From Candidatus Poriferihabitaceae bacterium (GTDB lineage: Bacteria > Pseudomonadota > Gammaproteobacteria > Arenicellales > Poriferihabitantaceae), in assembly GCA_965237485.1 (NCBI GenBank), contig CBDEFQ010000009.1:89778-153777 (forward strand): DNA of 64,000 nucleotides, in the 5' to 3' direction. This document shows positions 1 through 11,219 of the stretch, in pieces. A model generated the notes under the pieces. That model was given only the letters and a program-made list of their open reading frames with translations, was not told where the DNA came from and made no database searches. Position 1 is the first letter of the stretch; every line of letters starts with the position of its first letter. Position numbers and translations under genes: made by a program.

Positions 1-279
1 CCCACCGTCAAAATCGCCGCCATCGCAACCCAAGTCATATTGATAGTCAGCCGCTTTATAGCGCGTATTAGGAAAGGTAATACAGGTTTCTTCATAATGG
101 GGGGGCCAAGGGAAGAGCACCAATATATCTACACATTCTTCATCCAAAAAATTATCGTAACAAACGCCAGCAATTCCCGCCCAATTAACAAACCAAGCAA
201 GCAAGCGGGTTACAGGGGTTCTGAAAAAATAGTTTTCGTAAACTATTCCGAGGATACAGTATGATACAGCCAATTTCAC
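1..279 (-). CDS. Partial ORF leaving the window at its left edge (hypothetical protein, only about 90 N-terminal codons visible)
   Basis: Own reading of the minus strand. The frame is open from a GTG/TTG at 271-279 down to position 1 (..LLAWFVNWAGIAGVCYDNFLDEECVDILVLFPWPPHYEETCITFPNTRYKAADYQYDLGCDGGDFDGG). It is absent from the ORF track because it has no stop inside the window. No family recognised. Confidence 0.25.
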   Translation of the reverse strand, partial: MKLAVSYCILGIVYENYFFRTPVTRLLAWFVNWAGIAGVCYDNFLDEECVDILVLFPWPPHYEETCITFPNTRYKAADYQYDLGCDGGDFDGG

Positions 280-298
280 AGATTAGAGTTGAAGAACC

Positions 299-2999
299 AT
301 GGCTAAACCTCTACTTCGTAAACACCTCAGCGCGCCGGGATTACTCAAGTCGATTAGGCAAGTGTTTAGTCAGATAGAAGCTACAGATTCATGCCACGCC
401 CGTAATGATATTTCTCTAGCAGATTGTCTGATGTCAGGGATGGCTATTTTCGGGTTGAAGTATCCCTCATTACTTCAGTTCGACCAAGATAAGCAAACCA
501 TCCAAGCTAATTTACGCAGCTTATACGGGATTAAGAAAGCCCCTTGTGATACGACATTACGTGAGCGGCTAGACAATGTTGACCCTGCACTATTACGCCA
601 AGCCTTTACCCGTAATCTTTGCCAATCTTCAACGCGGCAAGGGTTTAGAAGGTATGGAGTTTATGGATGAGCACTATCTACTATCGGTGGATGGGACAGG
701 TTACTTCTCATCCAAGCAGGTGCATTGCAAGCAGTGCTGTGAAAAGCATCATCGCAATGGTCAGATCACGTATTATCATCAATTGCTGGCGGCGGTATTG
801 GTGCATCCTGATCAGTCTGAGGTATTTACATTGGCACCCGAGGCGATCTTGAAGCAAGATGGCGAGGCCAAGAATGACTGTGAACGTAATGCAGCCAAGC
901 GTTTGTTCAAAGACATTCGCAGGGAACACCCTCATTTAAAGCTGGTGGTCGTAGAGGATGGTTTGTCGTCTAATGGCCCTCATATTGAATGACTTAAGTC
1001 ACTGGACATGCGTTTTATTCTAGGCGCAAAACAAAGTGACCATGGGTTTCTATTTGACTGGGTGAGTCACACAAAAGCCACAAAAACAGTGGAACTCATA
1101 GATTCCAAGGGGGTGCATCATTGTTTTCGATACTGTAATCAAGTGCCGCTTAATGATGCGAATTTCCAGATGCAGATCAATTTCTTGGAATACTGGGAAA
1201 CCAAAGCATCGGGTAAAACAGATTACGCAACATTGGGTATGGACTTTTTGTCTAGCAAGTTGACTCATTGTCGTTCCACACGATATATCGATGATTAGCA
1301 TTAGCCCATTCGTCGTCAATTTCAATCAGAATGGCACTGACTAATCGTAACCAAGCCTCTCGGTTAGGAAAGACTCTGACCAAGCGGGTTCGCCGCTTAA
1401 GTTCTTGTTGAACCGTCCGTTCAATGCGGTTGGAGGTTCGCATTTTCTTTTGGTGTCTATCTGGCAAGGCAAACACATTTAACCCTTCAGGCACATTGTT
1501 TTCTAGCCACTGCGCCAAGTGAGCATGCTTTTCCTGGTACTGGCTCACAAGGACTTTTAGATTAACCTGAGCAGCTGCCATATTGGGTGCATTCCAAACA
1601 CTACGCAGCTCACCACCAATGCGCTGCTTGATCTTGTGATTGGGGGCATGATGCATTGCATTCTGCGCCAGATGAAACTGGCAACGCTGCCAAGGTATAC
1701 CTGGGAACACTGCCTTTCTAGCGGCTTTTAAGCCACTGTGATCATCACTGACAATAAACTCAATACCATGTATGCCCCGGTCAACCAAGCCTTTGAGGAA
1801 CGCTCGCCAGTTAACCTCGGCTTCATTAAGCACCATTGTCGTTCCTAATACGCAACGCCGCCCACAAGGCAATACACCCACCGCACTCAACACCGCCATA
1901 TCAATCACTTGGTGGCCCTCACCCACCTTTTCATAACGCGCATCAAGGATTAGGTAAGAGACTTTACCCAAAGGACGATCACGCCAGACTTTTAACGCCT
2001 CATCCATGCTCTGGTTAGCCCGTGAGACCGGTGTAGAGGAGATGCTTTCAATACCCATGCTCTGCATGACTTTTTCGACTCGGCGCGTGCTAACGCCCGT
2101 CACGTACATTTCAGCAACGGTCAGCAGCATCGCACGTTGGCTGCGTCAGCCGCGTTCTAGCGATTGAGGGTAAAAAGGTTCATCAACGTGTTTAGCGGTC
2201 TTTGGGATACGCAGATTGAGCGTACCGATACGCTTATCTTGGTAGCCATGGGCAAACCCTGGCCGGTCTTGACTATGCTCATAGTGTGATGCGCCTGGAA
2301 ACGGCTCTCTTTCAATCTTCATCGCCTCATTGAGCAGTGCGGTGAGCACGGGGCGCATGGCATCGGGGCCTTCTGAGATGTGTGTTCCACTACTACGTCA
2401 AATACGTTATTGTTTGATTGGGTCATTTAGGTGTCTCCAGTATTTTAATTGCTTAAAACAGGGAACGCACAAATGGCTCAACTTACAAGACACCAAGATA
2501 GAAAATTTGAATAAATCAAAAATTCGAAAAAATCCCCCCTAGGGGGAAAGGCCATACTGCTCTATCTAATATAAAAGTCCATACCTGAAGTTACAGTATC
2601 GTAAAACACAGCACTTCTCGTGGGTGACGGATATTGAAATCACCTCTGACAATATGATGACGCTAATGCGCGGCGGCCGCGCTCGTTGGCGCATTGAGAA
2701 TGAAACCTTCACCACCCTGAAAAACCCTTGGCTATCACTTCGAGCATAACTTTGGTCATGGCAAACAGCACCTAGCGACGGTGTTTGCTTACTTGATGAT
2801 GCTGGCGTTTCTAGTTGATCAGATTCAGCAACGCTGTTGCAAGCTATTGGGTCAGGCGCTGGAGGCAAAGAAATCGAAAAAGAATTATTGGGAGAAGCTA
2901 CGCAGCTTATCCCTTCGTTCTTCATGTTCCGAGCTGGGAGGCGACATATAGTGATCTTGCATTTAGAGAAGGGCTGCTGCCCTTTCCAGATACCTCTTG
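299..2999 (+). pseudogene. IS4-superfamily DDE transposase gene, broken by frameshifts and stops and split by a nested IS256-like insertion
   Basis: ORF pieces 299..670, 576..992 and 1008..1298 are consecutive parts of one transposase in different frames. The C-terminal part resumes after 2585 (KTQHFSWVTDIEITSDNMMTLMRGGRARWRIENETF.., then two more frame breaks up to about 2999). The RW.IENE.F motif is typical of IS4-type DDE enzymes. Confidence 0.7.
1236..2585 (-). mobile_element. Degenerate IS256-family element (type B), nested inside the IS4-superfamily transposase gene
   Basis: Terminal inverted repeat GGTATGGACTTTT at 1236-1248, with its complement at 2573-2585. Mutator/IS256-type transposase ORFs 1252..2130 and 2146..2358 are separated by a stop, and a further frame break near 2360 precedes the original ATG at about 2424. 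No target duplication visible. Confidence 0.75.
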
Positions 3000-3050
3000 A
3001 CTAAGATCATGATCAAAGCTGCTTGAGGCGAGGTTTTCAGGGTATAAACA

Positions 3051-3656
3051 TCAGCCGAGACAATGAGCTAGCGACAGCTGGACAGAGATTAGACCCTGCA
3101 TCAAACTCAGCGAGACAAAGCTAACGACGATTTGGGCTAAATCTTGGTAGGCGGGAATTTCTGAACAAACGCCTTTAGTATTGACAGACAATAATGGGTT
3201 GTGGCTGTAGTATCTCGGGCAATCATAACAAGCACTCAATGATGCATTAGGGAAATCCCCAGAACTGCAAAACAGAGCATTACCAGTTTCTTTTTTAGCC
3301 GTTATGAGCGAATTGAGTGGTTTACATGCACCGGGTTGATCAACTGGTATCAATGGATCGTGTAAAGTTCCCGCTGGGCAGGAATAACAACCTTGAAGCA
3401 GGGCATCAGGAAATTGCCCCGCAGGGCACGCAATTTGAGCGCCCCCTTGCAAAATTACGGTTGTGACATTAGAAATAGCGACACACGCACCTTCGGTTTC
3501 AGCCGGATAAAGAGGGTTGTGAACAGCGTTGCTCGGACAACTATAGCAGCCGCCAGTGGTCAGATCTAAAAACTCACCTTGAGGGCATAGAAATTGAGGT
3601 AAGATACAAATGTTGCAGGCAGGGTATCCAACTTTAGTCCTACAAACCGTAACTTC
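3051..3656 (-). pseudogene. 5'-truncated ORF encoding three tandem cysteine-rich modules (unknown family)
   Basis: The frame is open from the stop at 3657-3659 down to 3051, with no ATG/GTG before the TTG at 3452. Three ~45-aa repeats: CPQGEFLDLTTGGCYSCPSNAVHNPLYPAETEGAC / CPAGQFPDALLQGCYSCPAGTLHDPLIPVDQPGAC / CSSGDFPNASLSACYDCPRYYSHNPLLSVNTKGVC. IS DNA on both sides. Confidence 0.5.
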
Positions 3657-3819
3657 TCAATAACCCGTGGCAGGTAAAATAAAACAAAATATTTCTTGAC
3701 AGGGTTTTACGCTAAAAGGAAGGTAATTCAACGTGGTCGAGTGACTCGATTTAGGTTGAGTTCCAGGGTGGTTGTAGGCACCTTTACGCTAATAACAAAG
3801 ATCGCTTAAGGACGTTCAG

Positions 3820-5525
3820 CCTAGAAAAATCAGTTGAACCTCCACTAACGGATGTATTATCGTTGCAATCAATTGAATTAAAAGGAGAAACACCATGGTC
3901 GCCAAAGATAAATCCTTTCACCCAGAGGGTGCGCTAAAACCGGAGGTTTCAAACGCTGTTTCCACCTTATTATCGACTGAAACGTTCGATGGAAAAATTC
4001 ACGTTGAATGGGACCCGTCAGCGGCAGTAACGCCCATAGGACCGTTGCCTTTTTTCATTCAATATTTAAAACTTGGTGGTCTGTTTAAGCCATGGGTGAG
4101 CAGTTGCCCATTGGAATATCGAAGCAATAACGCACCTGAGAAGATCAATGTGTTGGGCTCATTTTTGTTGTCTGTTCTCTCGGGTCACAATCGCTACGCA
4201 CACATGGCCAGCTTAATGGGCGATCGTATCAACACCAAAATGCTTGGAATGACCAAAGCGGTTAGCGACGATTCGGCGCGCCGTGCGCTGAAGAAGATGG
4301 ATGAGGAACAAGGTATAGCCTGGCTACAAACTCATTTGCAGCGTTGCTACGAGCCCTTGCTCACACAGCCATGGATATTGGATTGTGACGTAACGGTTAA
4401 ACCGCTATACGGTCATCAAGAAGGTGCCAAGGTTGGCTATAATCCACACAAACCTGGCCGGCCCTCGCACACGTATCACACCTATATGATTGTCAATCTT
4501 CGTCTTGTATTGGATGTTGAGGTCAAGTCTGGCACTGAGGTAGCTGCTAGTCATTCTTCGCCGGGTCTATGGGAGCTGTTGGATCGATTGCCACGTTCAT
4601 CTTGGCCGCACTTTATTCGAGGCGATTGTGACTGGGGTACCCAGGATGTGATGAGTGCTGCAGAACAAAGAGGCGTCAATTACTTGTTTAAGCTAAGGAA
4701 GTCTAAGTACGTTAAGCAACTGATACAGCAGCAGCATAGCGTGTCGGGCTGGGATTATGTTATCGATGGCTGGGAAGCCAAAGAAAGTTGTTTGAAGTTG
4801 GCTGCGTGGAACGATCATCGGCGCGTGGTAATCGTTCGTCGTCGTTTAGCAAAGGACGCGCTGCTGGTATTGGAAGAGAAAAGTCAAGGCCAGCAGAGCT
4901 TTGGTTTTTTGCAAGAAGCGGATGATATTCGCGCGTTTGAATACGCTGTTCTGGTCACCTCATTAGACGATGAGGTGATTAGCATCGTCCAACATTATCG
5001 AGATCGAGCCGACTGCGAAAACAATTTTGATGAAATCAAGAACCATTGGGGTTGGGGCGGGTTTACTACCGCCGATATCAAGCCCTGTCGCTTTATAGCG
5101 CGGATCATTGCCTTGATTTATAACGGGTGGAATATATTCACTAGGCTGGCTAACCCAGACAAACATATGGAAGCGATTACTAGTCGACCGCTATTACTGA
5201 GTTCGGTGGGGCGCGTTACTGAATCGGGGCGGAAAAAGACTATGACGATTACTAGCACGCACGCCAAGGCCGACTTAATTCGCGACACGTTTGACCAAAT
5301 ACAACACGTCTTTAATTCATTGAAGGCGATTGCGCCGCAGTTGAGCGTGGCGCAAGTTTGGTGCCGCATTCTAAGCGAGGCGATGAAGAAATATCTTGGT
5401 GGAACGATTCTTCAACCGCCAGATGACCGCTGTTTACTTGGCTAAAGTGTCTCGGAGGCAGTAGCGACGATGGAAGGGTTGTTTATGTTGGCCTCATTGG
5501 AGAGGCTTTAACTGCGTTTTTTAGG
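3820..5525 (+). mobile_element. IS1380-family insertion sequence, copy A (1706 bp)
   Basis: Boundaries come from comparison with the inverted copy at 11568-13273. Imperfect terminal repeats: CCTAGAAAAATCAGTTGAACCTC and the complement of ..GAGGCTTTAACTGCGTTTTTTAGG. Direct 5-bp target duplication TTCAG at 3815-3819 and 5526-5530. Confidence 0.85.
3895..5445 (+). CDS. IS1380-family DDE transposase (516 aa)
   Basis: Intact ORF with GGAG-type RBS (AAAGGAGAAACACC ATG). GYNPHKPGRPSHTYH motif typical of IS1380 transposases. One aa differs from the copy at 11648..13198. Confidence 0.85.
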   Translation: MVAKDKSFHPEGALKPEVSNAVSTLLSTETFDGKIHVEWDPSAAVTPIGPLPFFIQYLKLGGLFKPWVSSCPLEYRSNNAPEKINVLGSFLLSVLSGHNRYAHMASLMGDRINTKMLGMTKAVSDDSARRALKKMDEEQGIAWLQTHLQRCYEPLLTQPWILDCDVTVKPLYGHQEGAKVGYNPHKPGRPSHTYHTYMIVNLRLVLDVEVKSGTEVAASHSSPGLWELLDRLPRSSWPHFIRGDCDWGTQDVMSAAEQRGVNYLFKLRKSKYVKQLIQQQHSVSGWDYVIDGWEAKESCLKLAAWNDHRRVVIVRRRLAKDALLVLEEKSQGQQSFGFLQEADDIRAFEYAVLVTSLDDEVISIVQHYRDRADCENNFDEIKNHWGWGGFTTADIKPCRFIARIIALIYNGWNIFTRLANPDKHMEAITSRPLLLSSVGRVTESGRKKTMTITSTHAKADLIRDTFDQIQHVFNSLKAIAPQLSVAQVWCRILSEAMKKYLGGTILQPPDDRCLLG

Positions 5526-5634
5526 TTCAGGGGTGTCTTCTTAACGTTCGTTGTGGCGCAGTTGAGAAGGCAAAATTGGACTTTCAAAACCGATGGTACA
5601 CTAAGGTCTATCCAGTTAACGGACGTTTAAGACC

Positions 5635-7256
5635 TTGAGTAAGCTACCCTCTATTCCCGACATTCCTGAACAAGAACAAACCCCCGCAGTAAAAATGTTG
5701 CGGGTGCTAGTGGAGCAGCTGTTGGTGCGAGTTCAACAACAGGACGAAGAAATAGCATTGCTTAAAGATGAAATCAATATCCTTAAGGGGCAGAAGAGGC
5801 GGCCTACTGTTAAGGGCGGTAATATGGATAAGAAAACAGAGCCAAAACGTTCATCTTCTAGCGACAAACCTAAGCAGCGAGCTGGGTCGAACAAGGCAAA
5901 GAAAACACCAAGGCTGTCAATTGACCTAAATCGGGTTATTGAACCAGCGAAGTCCGTGCCCGAAGGTTCTCGCTTTAAAGGCTATCGGGATTTTGTAGTG
6001 CAAGATTTGCTTATCAAGGTTCATACCACCCGCTATCGTTTAGCGCATTGGGTAACGCCAGACAATAAAAAGCTCAAAGGCCAGTTACCGACATCCGTGG
6101 CAGGGCGACATTATGGGCCTCGTCTGGTCAGTTATATTCTCTATCAATATCATCATTGTCAAACCACGCAACCACTCTTGTTGGAACAGTTGCGAGAGTG
6201 GGGAATTGATATTTCTTCGGGACAAATTAACCCAATACTGATCAGCACTAAAGAGCCCTTTCATGCTGAGAAAGAGGCGTTACTAAGCGTTGCTCTGAGC
6301 GCATCGTCTTACGTGACCGTGGACGATAGTGGTGCTCGCCATCAGGGCAAAAATGGCTATGTAACGCACATTGGTAATGACTTGTTTGCGTGGTTTAAAA
6401 GTACTCAATCAAAAAGTCGAATTAACTTCCTACTGCTATTAAGGGCTGGCAATACGGATTATCGTTTGAGTCAAAGTGCGTTGAATTATAGGCAACAACA
6501 TGGATTGCCAAAGCAAGCCTTAGCCGCTGTAACTGAGCACCGGGAACGCCGTATTGCCAACGAGGATGACTGGCTTGAAATGCTCGATAGCCTGTTGATC
6601 ATTAAGGCACGTCACCGACGTATCACCACCGAAGGGGCATTACTTGGTAGTATTTTGCATCATGGTCTGTGTGATGACATCGCTGTCGTCAGTGATGATG
6701 CAGGGCAATTTAACATTTTGGCTCATGCCTTGTGTTGGATACACACCGAGCGCTTAATCCATAAGTTGATACCGCTGAACGAGGGACACCGGCAGGGCAT
6801 TGCTAAAATACGCGACCAAGTCTGGTGCTTTTATCGGGCGTTAAAGAGTATAAAACCCCGCCTTGCGAGAACCAACGTAAAATACTTGAGCAGCGTTTCG
6901 ATGAAATCTTCACTCAACAGACATGCTACCAAACATTAAATCAGACGCTCAAACGAATCCATGCGAATCAAGCAGAATGACTGTTGGTGCTAGATCGACC
7001 AGATATTCCGTTACACACCAATGGCAGTGAAACAGACATTCGCGATTACGTGAAAAAACGAAAAGTGAGTGGCTCCACCCGCAGCGATGCTGGCCAGCAG
7101 TGTCGGGACACGTTTGCCAGTTTGAAAAAGACCTGCCGAAAACTGGATATATCGTTCTGGCACTACCTGACCCATCGACTTGGTATCGGTGAGCAACATA
7201 TTGATCCTCTGCCAGATATCATTATGGAACGCGCCAGCTTTGCCACGGGTTATTGA
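5635..7256 (+). pseudogene. IS66-family (TnpC-type) transposase, frameshifted near the C-terminus
   Basis: The 434-aa ORF has an N-terminal coiled coil (LLKDEINILKGQKRRP), VDDSGARHQGKNGY and LCWIHTERL motifs. The conserved IS66 C-terminal segment (IPLHTNGSETDIRDYVKKRKVSGSTRS..) is in another frame (6984..7256) after a frame break near 6860 and a stop at about 6977. No tnpA/tnpB seen. Confidence 0.7.
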
Positions 7257-7260
7257 GAAG

Positions 7261-8001
7261 TTACAATTGCTCTAGCATTTGAGTGAGAATAGGCATCAAG
7301 AATGGCTCTGATATTTTCTGTGTAGAAGACACGACTTCAAACGGGGTGATCTCATCAACGGCGTTGATATGATAGACCCCTTTAACCTTGTCCTTATCGC
7401 CCTGATGCACTGTATCTACACGGCTATAGCCAGGTTGACCTTCTGGCTGTGGCTTACGTCTTTGGCCGATAGAAGAAGGCTTGGAATGTGTCTTTTCAAA
7501 GTGACGGCGATTGTTCTGGTAGGGTTTAGATCGGCGTAGATTGTATAGATGAGAAACCGAGATAGGTGCCAGGTTGGCATACTCAGTTTGCTCATAGACA
7601 ACTAAGGCGCGCTCACAGAGTTTCTTAGTGGCATGGCCTGATAACGTACCGTGGAGTTCATCCATCTCTGCTAGAAGCTTAATGTCTTGATTGCTATAGC
7701 GTCTAGCAAAGCCCCTTGTGGCACGATGTCGCCACTGGATTCTACCGTGCTTGAGATAGCTGGCAGCCAGGCGTTTCACTTGCACATAAGAGTAACCGCT
7801 GATGCGTGTGATATAACGCAGCACAAGACCCTTATCGGCTCGACCCGGTTTGCTGTATTTGAAACGCATTAAGGTGCGTTTGATGAAATCATAGCGATTG
7901 CGTTTACCGTCGATTGCCAGATCGATTTCATCAGTGCCTTGTAGCAACAAGCGTGCCTTATCAAGGGTATCTATATGGTGGTCATTCATAATGGTATTCA
8001 T
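7261..8001 (-). pseudogene. rve-type DDE transposase, C-terminally truncated (IS end at about 8094)
   Basis: The 246-aa ORF ends 4 nt from the IS66 fragment in the middle of the integrase-core region (..RVDTVHQGDKDKVKGVYHINAVDEITPFE..). The same element end and first 141 codons recur at 35195-35710. Confidence 0.7.
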
Positions 8002-8283
8002 TCACCATCATGAACAGAAATTAGATTAGTTCGGTATCATTTCCGATTAGAATCAGTCCCTTCGCTCAGTATCATTTCATGTTGGACAAGACTCTCAGTG
8101 GTAAGCCTAAGCGCCAGATTGCCTTTAGATTGGAGGACATGGAGATAAGCTGTTTTTGAAAATTAATAACCACTGGTTAGTTACATCCAAGCGGTCAACT
8201 CTAAATGTTTTAGGCTTTTAGCCGATAGAATCTTAAATCGACACACATGTTTACTATAGTAAACGTTGTCTTACCCCTTTTAC

Positions 8284-8574
8284 TTATCTCAGTAATGGAT
8301 GATCATCTGGTAATTTACCTATCAACCACATAGCCAATCTATGCCTAATATTTAAATCAGTTAATTGGTCATGAGGTAACGGCTGGACTTGCTTGTCGTG
8401 TACCAAAAGCCGATAGATAAACTCGAGTTTCTGTTTTTGGGAGTCTGATTCTTCAATTACTCCCGCGCCCCGATTCTTCACGTATGAAGAACCAAACCGA
8501 ATCACCTCTCGGATTACCTCAGCTTCGTTCTTTAATTTTTTAGTCTTAGCCATTTTGTTAGCGTAGGCTAGCAC
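8284..8574 (-). CDS. Hypothetical small protein (96 aa; the ATG at 8556 is the more likely start)
   Basis: ORF sits in the only non-IS DNA between 8095 and 8703. No family recognised. Confidence 0.3.
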   Translation of the reverse strand: MLAYANKMAKTKKLKNEAEVIREVIRFGSSYVKNRGAGVIEESDSQKQKLEFIYRLLVHDKQVQPLPHDQLTDLNIRHRLAMWLIGKLPDDHPLLR

Positions 8575-9102
8575 ATTTTTGGGTGGTATTGTTTTGCGGT
8601 GAATTTAGATGTTGATTCAAATTAAGTTGGTTTGACTCTTGGTGTGTTCAGAAAAAACTGCGTTAGAAGTTGCCCATTCAAAATAATTAAGTATGGTGCT
8701 GTGATGAATACCTCCCACCCTTTTTGACAAGCACAGGCGAGTCAAGCAGGATGGAGGTTTCTACTACAAAACAAGGTATTCACCATGAGCAATGTTACAA
8801 CAATTGGTATCGACTTGGCTAAATCAGTTTTTCAAGTATGCGGCCTTAATCAGGCGCGTAAAGTCATCTTTAATAAACAAGTAAAGCGCAACCAACTGAT
8901 CAGCACTCTTCAATTGCATCCAAAAGCCATAGTGGCTATGGAAGCGTGTGGTAGTTCTAACCATTGGCACCGCGAATTAACTAAGTTGGGGTTTAAAGTG
9001 CGTGTTATTCCCACGCAGCATGTAAAGGCACTTTTGCAGGGTAACAAAAACGATGCCAATGATGCCCTAGCGGTGGCGGAAAGTGTGTTTCGTCCAAATA
9101 TC

Positions 9103-10496
9103 GAGTTATGCCTGAAAGTGGTGTATGGAGTAGTTGACTAAAAGCGGCGTATCGGGATGAGTTGAGTTTACAACAACTTAAACTTCCACAGACATACGCC
9201 ACTATGAAACAGAATAAAATTATTTCCTTTGAAAAGCCAGAGCAAAGCATCGATCCGCTGCAAGAATTGATTCGCAATGGCGCTAGGCAACTCATTCAAA
9301 CCGCGGTCGAGAGTGAGTTATCTGAACGGCTGTATCGCAATTGTGACAAAGTCTCAGATTCAGGACACGCTGGTGTCGTTCGTAACGGCTATTTGCCAGA
9401 ACGTGAACTGCAAACCGGGATCGGCCCAGTCAAAGTACGTATCCCCAAGGTGCGCTCCCGCACTGGAGTACCGATCACCTTTCGGTCTGCTTTAGTGCCG
9501 CCGTATGTGCGTAAAACGAGAACACTAGAAGCGGCCTTGCCTTGGCTGTATCTCAAGGGTGTCAGCACTGGAGAAATGGGGGATGCACTGAGCGTGCTAG
9601 TGGGTCAATCAGCGACTGGGTTATCATCAAGCACAGTGAGTAAGCTCAAAGCAACGTGGTCTCAGGAGTACAAGGATTGGAATAGAGAAGGTTTAGATCG
9701 AGATCGATGGGTTTATCTATGGGCGGACGGGATACACAGCGGCCTGCGCGGCGATGAGGGCCGACTCTGTGCCTTAGTTGTCATCGGAGTGAATGAGCGC
9801 GGTCACAAGAAATTACTGGCGATTGAAGACGGTGAGCGAGAGTCTACGCAGAGTTGGCGAGAGGTGTTGTTGGCACTCAAGGAGCGAGGCCTGAATCAAC
9901 CAGAGCTGGGCATCGGTGATGGTGCTTTAGGCTTTTGGAATGCCCTGGAAGAAGTCTATCCTGGCACTAAACATCAACGGTGCTGGGTGCATAAAACGGC
10001 CAACGTGCTGAACAAGCTGCCTAAATCGGTGCAGCCCAAAGCAAAAGCAGCTCTGCATAACATTTGGCAGGAAGAAACCAAAGAAGCGGCGCAAAGCACC
10101 TATCAATTATTCATTAAAACCTGTCAAGACAAGTATCCAAAAGCCACGCAGTGCTTGGAAAAAGATCGCGAAGAGTTAATGACGTTCTACTCGTTCCCTG
10201 CCAAGCACTGGATGAGCATACGTACTACGAATCCAATTGAATCAACATTCGCGACTATCCGACACCGTACCAAACGATGCAAGGGATGTCTTAGCCGTGA
10301 TGGCATGTTAAGTATGATGTTCAAGCTGGGTCAGTGCGCAGAGAAAAAGTGGAACCGAATACGCGGGTTCGCCTATCTAGCAAAAGTGATTCAAGGGGTT
10401 CCATTTAAAGATGGAATAGAGCAAACTAATGACTACTCAGATCAAACCGAGGCCGCTTGAAGAAAATGCCTCATACACCAGATTCGGGCATAACTC
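9103..10496 (+). mobile_element. IS256-family insertion sequence, copy 1 (1394 bp)
   Basis: Terminal repeats GAGTTATGCCTGAAAGTGGTGTATGG and the complement of ..CATACACCAGATTCGGGCATAACTC. 9-bp direct target duplication CCAAATATC at 9094-9102 and 10497-10505. Confidence 0.9.
9162..10460 (+). CDS. IS256-family (Mutator-type) transposase; the likely real start is the ATG at 9204
   Basis: Intact ORF. Motifs HQRCWVHKTANVLNKLP and RTTNPIESTFATIRHRTK are intact in this copy. Confidence 0.9.
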   Translation: MSLQQLKLPQTYATMKQNKIISFEKPEQSIDPLQELIRNGARQLIQTAVESELSERLYRNCDKVSDSGHAGVVRNGYLPERELQTGIGPVKVRIPKVRSRTGVPITFRSALVPPYVRKTRTLEAALPWLYLKGVSTGEMGDALSVLVGQSATGLSSSTVSKLKATWSQEYKDWNREGLDRDRWVYLWADGIHSGLRGDEGRLCALVVIGVNERGHKKLLAIEDGERESTQSWREVLLALKERGLNQPELGIGDGALGFWNALEEVYPGTKHQRCWVHKTANVLNKLPKSVQPKAKAALHNIWQEETKEAAQSTYQLFIKTCQDKYPKATQCLEKDREELMTFYSFPAKHWMSIRTTNPIESTFATIRHRTKRCKGCLSRDGMLSMMFKLGQCAEKKWNRIRGFAYLAKVIQGVPFKDGIEQTNDYSDQTEAA

Positions 10497-11219
10497 CCAA
10501 ATATCCACGATGTAGCAGTTAAGTCGATTGAACAGCAAGACATACAAACGCTGCTGCGTATACGCGCAAGTAATAAAGATAATCGAGTTTCTAATTCGAA
10601 TCAGATTCGAGGCTTGCTAGCGGAGTATGGTGTTGTTATTCCTGTTGGCTTTGCATCGCTAAAAAGGCAACTGCCACTGATACTGGAAGATGCAGAAAAT
10701 AGCTTAACGCCAATTTCACGTTCTGCTATTCACGGCCTTTACCTAGAGCACCCGTGCTTATGCGAAGTCATCAAGGTTCTTGATAAGCAACTAGAGACTT
10801 TAATAGATGTCTACCCTCTAGCAAAAAGACTGTTGTGCTTACGGGGTATCGGCCCTATTACTGCCTTGTCTTTATACGCAGCCATTGGCAATGGGAGTCA
10901 GTTTAAAAATGCACGTCAGTTATCTGCCTGGCTTGGGCTAGTGCCTAAGCAATATGGCACAGGCGGTCGAGTACAGTTAAGTGGCATCAGTAAACGTGGT
11001 AACTCGCAATTAAGATTCTTGCTGGTGCACGGCGCTAGAGCAGTGCTAAATTGGGCTAAAAAACGAGAAGATACGCTGAGTTGTTGGGCTAAGTCAGTGG
11101 CTCTACGCCGAGGAAAGCATAAGGCCATTGTTGCTGTGGCTAACAAAACAGCCCGTATGGTGTGGGTGGCATTAAACAAAGGCACAGATGCATTGCCGGC
11201 ACATTATTTGTCAGCTTAG

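Larger units (their letters stand above)
8785..11219 (+). pseudogene. IS110-family (DEDD) transposase split by IS256 copy 1
   Basis: N-terminal part 8785..9102 (IGIDLAKSVFQV, MEACGSSNHW, NDANDALAVAE). The frame continues exactly after the insertion at 10497 (..PNIHDVAVKSIEQQDIQTLL..) through ORF 10614..11219 (GIGPITALSLYAAIG, SGISKRGN). Confidence 0.85.

Noticed and set aside
40-264. 74-aa plus-strand ORF at the left edge
   Set aside because: It is antisense to a longer open frame that leaves the window, has no RBS, and has an implausible composition. Treated as spurious.
2566-2925. 119-aa minus-strand ORF
   Set aside because: It is antisense to the recognisable C-terminal part of the IS4-superfamily transposase (RWRIENETF region).
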